DNA of 46,648 nucleotides from Octopus bimaculoides. Its lineage: Eukaryota. How positions within the stretch are numbered: the first letter of the stretch is position 1; each line of letters opens with the position of its first letter. Location: NCBI RefSeq assembly GCF_001194135.2, contig NC_068984.1:101315331-101361978 (forward strand), given 5' to 3'. Positions 11,253-20,931 of this stretch are shown here, piece by piece. The notes under the pieces are model-generated. The model had not been told where the DNA came from. It searched no databases and was given only the letters and a program-made list of their open reading frames with translations. A program made the translations under genes and the position numbers.

Positions 11253-11340
11253 GGAGATATCAAAATAATGTGGGCGTCTCTAATGAGAACCCAATATGGC
11301 TCGAAAATCGATCAAGATCATTCGTCAATTTTTTCAGTCT
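11253..11340 (+). ncRNA. Type I hammerhead ribozyme motif, copy 2 (degenerate core CTAATGA)
   Basis: Homologous to copy 1, 303 bp downstream; GAAA at 11303-11306; stem III AATCGATC; stem I tct/aga is a compensatory change relative to copy 1. Confidence 0.55.
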
Positions 11341-11479
11341 GCGGAGAAATGGCTAAAATTTGGCCTGTTTTATCATATTTGCCAAATAAACACACACACA
11401 TTGACCATCCTGAAATACAACAATATCTTTTTCAACACACGATTTCACATCAGGAATCTTGCAACACAAATTGATAAAC

Positions 11480-11519
<40 letters not shown>

Positions 11520-11523
<4 letters not shown>

Positions 11524-11930
11524 CAAAATGGGACAAGGACGCAAAATATCCAGACAGTTAGGTGATACAAGAAAGGGACAAAACATACAAATAGACGATA
11601 CAAAGAAAACACGGACAGGTCATTCGGAGTTTTCTCTCTTCAGTCGAGATCCAGATAATCCTTGCAATTTCGGCTGGTTATTCTCGATATTGCTCCAATC
11701 TGGCCAGCCCCAAGGAAATGTGCGTACATATGAGTGAACAGACGAAAAAATGGCAATCAAAATATTTGATGCATATGCTTTTAATAAAAATTTGACTCAG
11801 CTGCACGTGACTTAAAGTTTCGTGAAGTGCTTCGGATACGTTCATCTCATCGGATGTTGGGAGACGGTGAGTGCTTTGAGAGGATAAATTCAAGATGATA
11901 TATATGTGTTAATGCCAATGGACGAAACTT
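11520..11930 (-). mobile_element. Probable Penelope-like 3' end (GIY-YIG C-terminal remnant plus terminal repeat with a hammerhead-like core)
   Basis: Minus strand carries ctgaaga-gag-aaaa-ctc-cgaat-gacctgtc (11615-11645) downstream of a decayed frame; typical of Penelope-type ends but degenerate. Confidence 0.4.
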
Positions 11931-12028
11931 TCGGACCTTGAGTCACTCTGTTACTTCTGCTAGATATTTATAAATATATACATATACTTATATTTTGAGT
12001 TCTATTTTTCCTATTTACATCAACATAC

Positions 12029-12437
12029 GTAGGAGTGGCTGTGTGGTAAGTAGCTTGCTTACCAACCACATGGTTCCGGGTTCAGTCTCACTGCGTGGCA
12101 CCTTGGGCAAGTGTCTTCTACCCTAGCCTCGGGCCGACCAAAGCCTTGTGAGTGGATTTGGTAGACGGAAACTGAAAGAAACCCGTCGTATATATGTATA
12201 TATATAGGTATGTGTGTGTATATGTTTGTGTGTCTGTGTTTGTCCCCCGAGCATCGTTTGACAGCCGATGCTGGTGTGTTTAGGTCCCCGTAACTTAGCG
12301 GTTCGGCAAAAATAGACCGATAGAATAAGTACTAGGCTTCCAACGAATAAGTCCCAGGGTCGATTTGATTCGACTAAAGGCGGTGCTCCAGCATGGCCGC
12401 AGTCAAATGACTGAAACAAATAAAAGAATAAAAGAAT
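12029..12437 (+). mobile_element. SINE family A, full length, with internal (AT)/(GT) microsatellite
   Basis: A box tggctgtgtggta and B box ggttcagtctc; CORE-like gcaccttgggcaagtgtctt; microsatellite at about 12188-12240; 3' module ending ggcggtgctccagcatggccgcagtcaaatgactgaaac(aaataaaaga)n. Confidence 0.9.
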
Positions 12438-12983
12438 ATATGAACGTAGATATATGCATAATTGAGTGTGTATGTGTATGTTTGTGTGTATGTTTGTGTG
12501 TGTATTGATTGNNNNNNNNNNNNNNNNNNNNNNNNNNNNNNNNNNNNNNNNNNNNNNNNNNNNNNNNNNNNNNNNNNNNNNNNNNNNNNNNNNNNNNNNN
12601 NNNNNNNNNNNNNNNNNNNNNNNNNNNNNNNNNNNNNNNNNNNNNNNNNNNNNNNNNNNNNNNNNNNNNNNNNNNNNNNNNNNNNNNNNNNNNNNNNNNN
12701 NNNNNNNNNNNNNNNNNNNNNNNNNNNNNNNNNNNNNNNNNNNNNNNNNNNNNNNNNNNNNNNNNNNNNNNNNNNNNNNNNNNNNNNNNNNNNNNNNNNN
12801 NNNNNNNNNNNNNNNNNNNNNNNNNNNNNNNNNNNNNNNNNNNNNNNNNNNNNNNNNNNNNNNNNNNNNNNNNNNNNNNNNNNNNNNNNNNNNNNNNNNN
12901 NNNNNNNNNNNNNNNNNNNNNNNNNNNNNNNNNNNNNNNNNNNNNNNNNNNNNNNNNNNNNNNNNNNNNNNNNNNNNNNNNNN

Positions 12984-13104
12984 CACACATACACACACAT
13001 ATACACACACACATACACACAGACATACACAAATACTCACATATTCAAATACATACCTATATACATAAATAGACAGACAGACAGACAGACAGGCAGACAG
13101 ACGC

Positions 13105-13171
<67 letters not shown>

Positions 13172-13238
13172 CATACATACATATGTACATTCATACAGAC
13201 CGACAGACAGACAGACAGATAGACAAACAAACAGACAG

Positions 13239-13272
<34 letters not shown>

Positions 13273-13280
13273 AGACAGAC

Positions 13281-13327
<47 letters not shown>

Positions 13328-13980
13328 TGTACATTCATACAGACCGACAGACAGGCAGGCAGATAGACAAACAAACAGAGAGAACATCACACCTACACAT
13401 ATAAACACCACCACCCGCGTCACCTACACACATACATGTACACACCGCACAAAACATAAAAACGTACTTTGTACATTGACCACACGCATTTTATACAAAG
13501 ACCACCCACATTCCACAAACCATATCCTTCAAGAGAAACTCCCGACATATACATACCAGAAGCACATACGCACGTGCACACATTCAAATCCCATACACAC
13601 AACTTACACACACAACTCACACCCACACACACAGATTTAAACTTCACTGATACAGACATCATACATACACACACAGTTCGCAAACACATCCTCACATACA
13701 TACATATACACATACATATATACATACATACATACATACATACATAATGCATGCATACATACATACATACATAATACATACATACATACATACACATACA
13801 CAAGCACACATGCACACGTTCACACACACACATACACACACAAATGCACACATACGTACATACATAGATACATACATACATACATACATACATACACATA
13901 CACACATACACAAGCGCACATGCACACGCACATATGCGCACACACACACACATGCGTACATACATACATACATACATACA

Positions 13981-14010
<30 letters not shown>
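12984..14010. repeat. Compound (CA)/(AGAC)/(AGAT)/(ATAC) microsatellite field
   Basis: Direct reading; contains a higher-order duplication of the atgtacattcatacagaccgacagacag junction at about 13183 and 13327. Confidence 0.95.
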
Positions 14011-14013
<3 letters not shown>

Positions 14014-14027
14014 TCACTCCCACACAG

Positions 14028-14067
14028 TTTGGTATCTTCCGCTATGAGAATTTGAAGCAGAGAAATG
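14028..14067 (+). CDS. Candidate 40-nt exon (FGIFRYENLKQRN+); the frame stays open further (GKILQMVPTPAQNGIEGGG...)
   Basis: Unique island between microsatellites. Acceptor tattcactcccacacag|, possible donor AATG|gtaaaa; only the phase-0 frame is open. Confidence 0.35.
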
Positions 14068-15289
14068 GTAAAATTCTCCAGATGGTTCCGACACCAGCAC
14101 AGAATGGAATTGAGGGTGGCGGTGGTGGCGGTGGTGGATGCGGCGGTGGCGGTGGCGGCGGTNNNNNNNNNNNNNNNNNNNNNNNNNNNNNNNNNNNNNN
14201 NNNNNNNNNNNNNNNNNNNNNNNNNNNNNNNNNNNNNNNNNNNNNNNNNNNNNNNNNNNNNNNNNNNNNNNNNNNNNNNNNNNNNNNNNNNNNNNNNNNN
14301 NNNNNNNNNNNNNNNNNNNNNNNNNNNNNNNNNNNNNNNNNNNNNNNNNNNNNNNNNNNNNNNNNNNNNNNNNNNNNNNNNNNNNNNNNNNNNNNNNNNN
14401 NNNNNNNNNNNNNNNNNNNNNNNNNNNNNNNNNNNNNNNNNNNNNNNNNNNNNNNNNNNNNNNNNNNNNNNNNNNNNNNNNNNNNNNNNNNNNNNNNNNN
14501 NNNNNNNNNNNNNNNNNNNNNNNNNNNNNNNNNNNNNNNNNNNNNNNNNNNNNNNNNNNNNNNNNNNNNNNNNNNNNNNNNNNNNNNNNNNNNNNNNNNN
14601 NNNNNNNNNNNNNNNNNNNNNNNNNNNNNNNNNNNNNNNNNNNNNNNNNNNNNNNNNNNNNNNNNNNNNNNNNNNNNNNNNNNNNNNNNNNNNNNNNNNN
14701 NNNNNNNNNNNNNNNNNNNNNNNNNNNNNNNNNNNNNNNNNNNNNNNNNNNNNNNNNNNNNNNNNNNNNNNNNNNNNNNNNNNNNNNNNNNNNNNNNNNN
14801 NNNNNNNNNNNNNNNNNNNNNNNNNNNNNNNNNNNNNNNNNNNNNNNNNNNNNNNNNNNNNNNNNNNNNNNNNNNNNNNNNNNNNNNNNNNNNNNNNNNN
14901 NNNNNNNNNNNNNNNNNNNNNNNNNNNNNNNNNNNNNNNNNNNNNNNNNNNNNNNNNNNNNNNNNNNNNNNNNNNNNNNNNNNNNNNNNNNNNNNNNNNN
15001 NNNNNNNNNNNNNNNNNNNNNNNNTGGTGGTGGTGGTGGTGGTGGTGGTGGTGGTGGTGGTGGTCAGTATGGTCCCAAGTCAGAATGGTAGCAATCACTA
15101 CAACATATCACGTCATACACCACACAACAACCATCAAGCCACAATGGAAAAATACTACATGGTTTCTTGTCATGCTAGTAATAGCTAAATCAGTCTAAAA
15201 GGAAGGACATCTTGTAGATTATATACATTTAGTCTAAAAAAAGAAAATAATTTGATGGTCACGACTATAATGTCTTTGATCATATCATA

Positions 15290-16330
15290 TCAGGTTGAAT
15301 CAAAAGTTATTGGGGTCTTTTTGTATTTCAAACTTTAATTAATATTTCAAACAAATTAATACTTCAAACAGATTACATACGAAAAGTATTTTTTTTCATC
15401 AAAATATATTCCATCGTATTCTATTGTAGCAGAAGCTCAATTCTATGCTTATACCATTTGGCTGGTTAAGAGTAAAAAAAATCTCTCTGAATCCATTTTC
15501 AACATCATCCACACTGTTGAGCCTCCGTACGTGGCTCAAAAAAGGTGGAAGTCTAATGGTGCTCGGTCTGGACTGTAGGCAAGGTGAGGCAACACTTCCT
15601 GCCTCTCTAGCTCCTCGAATTTGCGCTTGGTCACATTGGCAGTGTGTGCTGTTGCATTGCCATGCTGTAGGAGTCTGCGTCTTCAACTGACCAATGCCGA
15701 GTAGTGAGCTTTCAAAGGATCATATACTCGCTGCAGCTTTGAGCATAAATGCTAACCTTCACAGTATACCATCTAAGACAAGCTCAAAGTGCAACACGCT
15801 CTCGAAATTCAACCAAACACATATGGCTTTGTGTTTAAACTGCCCTTGTTTGACAACAGTTTCTGAAGACTAGCCGGAACGAAGCCAATGATTCCTCTTA
15901 TTAGGATTACGAAAATAGATCCAGTTTTTCATCGCCAACAAAAAGCAGGCATCTCGAGGATTTGCCAGCATTTATTTGCAAATGCTCGCATATCGTTGAG
16001 ACTGATTATCGATCAGTTCATAAGGACAGCGTCTGGTGAAAAATCCGAGCTTGTAGAGATGTCGATTGATGATGCTTTGTGAAGGACCAAGTTCTGCTGA
16101 CAGTGTACGAATGCTTGTGCTTGACTGTCGTTCAGTCCTTTCAAGCAAAGCCTCATCTTCCACAACACAAGGTCTCCCTAATCTTAGTTTTTCTTCGAGG
16201 TTGGTGTCGTCTTCCTTGAGATGTCAGAACCAGTTTTGTGCCCGACATTTGTTGACATCATTAATTTATTTTGCAGCTGCCCTTGCATTCAGTCCTTTTT
16301 ATTTATTTTTTTATTTCACAGGTAGCGTAA
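15290..16330 (-). mobile_element. Decayed mariner (DD34D-type) element
   Basis: Minus strand: RFEEKLRLGRPCVVEDEALLERTERQSSTSIRTLSAELGPSQSIINRHLYKLG, then LLQHGNATAHTA. TIR-like tcaggttgaatcaaaagttattggg at 15290. Confidence 0.8.
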
Positions 16331-16487
16331 AATGACTCTAATTGCAAATTTTTCACACCTCATCATCAAAGTTGTAAAATAAGGAATAAACAATTAATGT
16401 TTATTATGTTATATTTGAAAATAAAGACTACAACATTCAACAACGATTAGACAAGTTGTATCAAATTAATGATAAAACATTGAGATA

Positions 16488-16552
16488 CACGGCGGTGCTC
16501 CAGCATGACCGCAGCCACTGAGACGAGTAAAAGAATAAAAGAATAAAAGAAT
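16488..16552 (+). mobile_element. SINE family A 3' tail fragment
   Basis: ggcggtgctccagcatgaccgcagcc...(aaagaat)n. Confidence 0.75.
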
Positions 16553-16680
16553 ACAAGTTGTCAAGGATCATCAGTGAAAATCCGAAAAATCTTCTGACTC
16601 AACCTGCTAGAGCTGTTAAATCAGGGACGAACAGGGTCTAAACAACAGCAACAACAACGACAGCAACCGTATACTACCAT

Positions 16681-17049
16681 CAATATAATAATTCTTTCCA
16701 CTATAGGCACAAAGCCTGAATTTTTGTGAGGAGAGTAGGCTGTTCAATTACATCGATACCAATGATCAATTGGTACGTATTTAATCGACCCCAATCCAGC
16801 GAAATTTGAACAAACAACGTTAAGACAGACGAAATGCTGCTAAGGGTTTTCACCGGCGTGCTAACGTTTCTGCCAGTTCGCCACGTTTATCATCAATATA
16901 ATAATTCTTTCCACTATAGGCACAAAGCCTGAATTTTTGTGAGGAGAGTAGGCTGTTCAATTACATCGATACCAATGATCAATTGGTACGTATTTAATCG
17001 ACCCCAATCCAGCGAAATTTGAACAAACAACGTTAAGACAGACGAAATG
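16681..17049 (-). mobile_element. SINE family C copy plus an exact 213-bp-offset duplicate abutting a gap
   Basis: 16681-16836 is repeated identically at 16894-17049, immediately before Ns. Confidence 0.85.
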
Positions 17050-17468
17050 NNNNNNNNNNNNNNNNNNNNNNNNNNNNNNNNNNNNNNNNNNNNNNNNNNN
17101 NNNNNNNNNNNNNNNNNNNNNNNNNNNNNNNNNNNNNNNNNNNNNNNNNNNNNNNNNNNNNNNNNNNNNNNNNNNNNNNNNNNNNNNNNNNNNNNNNNNN
17201 NNNNNNNNNNNNNNNNNNNNNNNNNNNNNNNNNNNNNNNNNNNNNNNNNNNNNNNNNNNNNNNNNNNNNNNNNNNNNNNNNNNNNNNNNNNNNNNNNNNN
17301 NNNNNNNNNNNNNNNNNNNNNNNNNNNNNNNNNNNNNNNNNNNNNNNNNNNNNNNNNNNNNNNNNNNNNNNNNNNNNNNNNNNNNNNNNNNNNNNNNNNN
17401 NNNNNNNNNNNNNNNNNNNNNNNNNNNNNNNNNNNNNNNNNNNNNNNNCCAAGAGCTTCAGATAAGTT

Positions 17469-18905
17469 CTACTCTTTGTAGATCTTAAAATGTCTCTTGA
17501 GGCCTCCGTTGGATTTGTAAACCATCTGGCATACATTGCATTCAAAGGTGTGCACAAGCATATAGGCAGAATAGTTGGTGGGGGTTTGTTTTCCATGCGT
17601 TCGCAGATGAGATTTGAGGCCAGCAAAAGATAGGCATGGTCTGTCACAGACTGTGCACGCAAAAGGTCATTGTCATTCACCTTCTCGATCGTTACATTCT
17701 TCCTTAGATCTCTTTTGAGTCTTATTTGTGTTATCCTGGCCTCTTCAAATGCTTTCACTCCACTCCACACTTTTGTTCGCCAACCAACTCGATCTGAAGC
17801 AAGGGTTTCTATATCTCCAGGAACCTTTCCCAGTGACTTCATAGTACTCCTTATGCCGTCCTTAAACCCATTTTTTAGGTCTACGCCGATAGCGTTTCCC
17901 CTCTGCAAGCTCACCATAAAACAGCTGTTTCGGCATGCGTTCATCTGNNNNNNNNNNAAACCCATTTTTTAGGTCTACGCCGATAGCGTTTCCCCTCTGC
18001 AAGCTCACCATAAAACAGCTGTTTCGGCATGCGTTCATCTGCCATTCGAACAATATGGCCACACCATCCATCTCAGTTGGTTCCTTAAAATCATAGCTTT
18101 AATTGAGGTGATGCCTGCAGATGCAAGGACATCTGTGTTTGGTTTAAAAGAACTCCATTTAATTTGTTTAATGCGATGAAGGCATTTTTGATGGAATTGT
18201 TCTAACAATTTAAAATGCCTTTCATAACAAGTCCAAGTTTCACAGGAATACAACAGAGATGGTAAGACAAATGANNNNNNNNNNNNNNNNNNNNNNNNNN
18301 NNNNNNNNNNNNNNTTTTTCAAGTTGATGGTCAAGCCAAAATCATCACAAGCCGAACCAAATGCAGATACTGTTTCAGAATGACTGACAAGATCTCAATC
18401 GTCAGCGTACAAAAGTTCCCTAATGAGTGAAGTAAAAACCTTTGTTTTGAATTTCGGTCTGATCAGATTAAAAACATTCCCTGTTCTTCGATATTTTATG
18501 TAAATACCTTCCTCGGAGTTTTGAAAAGCATGTGACAACACAGCAGCAAAATATATTGCAAAGAGGGTGGGTGCATCAAGGTCTCCTTGCTTTACTCCAC
18601 GGCAAAAGATTCAGAGAGCCTACCACCAAAATTAACTCTAGCTTTCATGTCTTGATGCAAAGCCCTGATCATGTTTACAACTTTTTCTGGGCAATCTATT
18701 GCCATAGAGCATTTCGATTAACAGTATCGAATGCTTTGCTCAAATCAACAAAGCAATGGTACAGAGCAAGATTTTGTTCAATGCACTTTTCTTGTAATTG
18801 TCTGACAGTAAAGATACAATCAGTTGTGCCCCTGGAGGAACGAAAACCACACTGAGACTCAGACACTATATTTAGAACTATGAAGGTATTTAAACGTTCT
18901 AACAA
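17469..18905 (-). mobile_element. RTE-clade (BovB-like) LINE, 3' half: RT, C-terminal domain and two C2H2 zinc fingers; pseudogenised
   Basis: SESQCGFRSSRGTTDCIFTVRQLQEKCIEQN...FVDLSKAFDTVNR; IRELLYADD; FGLTINLKK; LLYSCETWT..LEQFHQKCL; [13 protein letters not shown]; WRTKVWSGVKAFEEAR; then CTVCDRPCLSFAGLKSHLRTH and CNVCQMVYKSNGGLKRHFKIY. Confidence 0.9.
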
Positions 18906-19187
18906 ATCTCTGAAATTGAGTAATGTTTTCAGGTTTGGATTTGTAAACTACGATAAGAATAACACTGGTCAACAAAGAATTTGTCCCAAGGAAAAGAATA
19001 CCTGTTTCTTACATGTTTTTGCATGCAGAATTCAAAAATAATGTCAAATTATCTGTATCACCCACAGTTTCTTTGTTCCACGATATCCCTCACAGTTCCT
19101 GTTACGTGTGCTAAGTTTCAGTTAAGCTGTTGAAATGTGAAGCTGTTGAAATGTCACTGATGAAGTCACAGAAATACTCCTAATTTA

Positions 19188-19295
19188 AATTTTTATGAAT
19201 AGAATTAACCTAGTGAAATCATAATTTTTTATGAATAGAAGTAACCTAGTGAAATCATAATTTTTTATGAATAGAAGTAACCTAGTGAAATAATA
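19188..19295. repeat. 36-bp tandem repeat, 3 copies
   Basis: ttttatgaatagaagtaacctagtgaaatcataatt; atgaat falls at 19195, 19231 and 19267. Confidence 0.9.
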
Positions 19296-19742
19296 AATCC
19301 AGCTATCCTGAGTCAATGAGTCCCAAAAACATAGACAACAGCGGCACAAACAGCGGTACAGACAACAGTGAACCACAACACAGCGTGCGGTTGTCCTAGT
19401 AACAAGCTGCTAACGCCACATTGTCTGTTGATTGGTTAAAATTACCCAAATTTCCCAACTTTGATTCCATATAACGTCAGATTCTTTAATTTACGAGATA
19501 AAATAATTAGTTGATCGATACACCAAAATTGCATCGATACATCAAAATTAAAAGCAATCTGAGCAAAATTAAGTGGGGCTCATTTTGCAAATGAGAAAGA
19601 CTAAATCCACGTAATGTAATAGGTATGTACTATGAGTGGCCAGTTTGGTTAACCACTAAAACTATGGCTCACTGAAAAGTGTGGTTCTGGGAATGTCCAT
19701 CGAAGATGGTTAGAAGTGGTTATACACGCACACGCACGCGCG

Positions 19743-19779
<37 letters not shown>

Positions 19780-20087
19780 TCGTATCTATGAATATGTACA
19801 GAGAGAACGAGAAAGTGAGAGATAGAATTTTACTGAAAGTGAAGAACTTCACAAACCTTTACTCCCAGTTATATATAGCTCAGAGTGGTCAGTAATAGTT
19901 AAGACTAATATTTTGAATACCATACAAGATATAATCTTGATTAATTGAATTTCTGTTTAGATGCAGAAAAACTATAAAGCAATCACCTGGTGGCAATTGA
20001 GATCGACTCCGAATGATAAAGAGTGATAAAATCAAGTACCAAGAATATTTCAGAATTGAAATACTGTTTAGGATAAGACAGATTGAT

Positions 20088-20090
20088 CTT

Positions 20091-20175
<85 letters not shown>
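20088..20175. repeat. (AT)n microsatellite
   Basis: Direct reading of the sequence. Confidence 0.95.
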
Positions 20176-20178
<3 letters not shown>

Positions 20179-20363
20179 ACACATGGAACAGAGAGTCACT
20201 GATGAAGTCACAGAACTTTGACAGACGTATAAGCCAAAAATAATGCGAATAAAAACTGAAGTGAAGGTCAAATAAACAGCGAGTGTGTTTAATTCGAAAA
20301 GAAAAGAACCATAACGACAGACAGACAGACCGGCAGACAAACAGATAGACAGACAGACAAGAC

Positions 20364-20418
<55 letters not shown>

Positions 20419-20419
<1 letters not shown>

Positions 20420-20589
20420 TAAGAAAAACGAGGCAATCAGAATTTTGGATAATGCTTCATCAGTGCTTTCGTTCGTTTAACCGAACTCTTCAAGAAAATA
20501 AGGTTTTTATTTTCTTGAAGAATTCGATTTAACGAACGAAAGCGCTATTAAAGAATTATCCAAAATTCTGATTGCCTCCTTTTTCTTAA
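20419..20589. mobile_element. 171-bp foldback/MITE bounded by TTAA (Kolobok-like, tentative)
   Basis: 83-bp arms with 9 mismatches by manual alignment and a 5-nt loop (ggttt); TTAA at both outer ends, followed inward by GA. Confidence 0.75.
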
Positions 20590-20637
20590 CATACAATATC
20601 TGTACACCTCTGCAAACACTCTATATATATATACATA

Positions 20638-20848
20638 TGGAGGCGTAATGGCCCAGTGGTTAGGGCAACGGACTCGCGGTTATAGGATCACGGTTTCAAT
20701 TCTCAGACCGGGCGTTGTGAGTGTTTATTGAGCGAAAACACCTAAAGCTCCACGAGGCTCCGGCAGGGATTGATGGCGAACCCTGCTGCACTCGTTCACC
20801 ACAACTTTCTCTCACTCTTTCTTCCTGTTTCTGTTGTACCTGTATTTT
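20638..20848 (+). mobile_element. SINE family B, 3'-truncated
   Basis: tggaggcgtaatggcccagtggttagggcaacggactcgcgg...ggtttcaattctcagaccgggcgttgtgagtg. Confidence 0.9.
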
Positions 20849-20888
20849 CTGTTGCAAACAGGAAAAATAGAACTCATAATATGTGCAC

Positions 20889-20927
<39 letters not shown>

Positions 20928-20931
<4 letters not shown>

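Noticed and set aside
16681-17049. Exact 213-bp-offset duplication of a SINE C copy
   Set aside because: An old diverged SINE duplicated with 100% identity right against an N-gap is most likely a contig-overlap assembly artefact.
17862-18045. Duplicated RTE segment either side of a 10-N gap
   Set aside because: Identical sequence flanking a minimal placeholder gap indicates a scaffolding artefact, not a biological duplication.
19188-19295. 36-bp repeats, CRISPR-like in length
   Set aside because: The units are directly adjacent with no unique spacers, there are no cas genes, and the context is eukaryotic. It is a simple tandem repeat.
20638-20710. tRNA-like sequences at the heads of SINE families A, B and C
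   Set aside because: They have A and B boxes but no complete cloverleaf or acceptor stem, and they continue into SINE bodies, so they are not tRNA genes.
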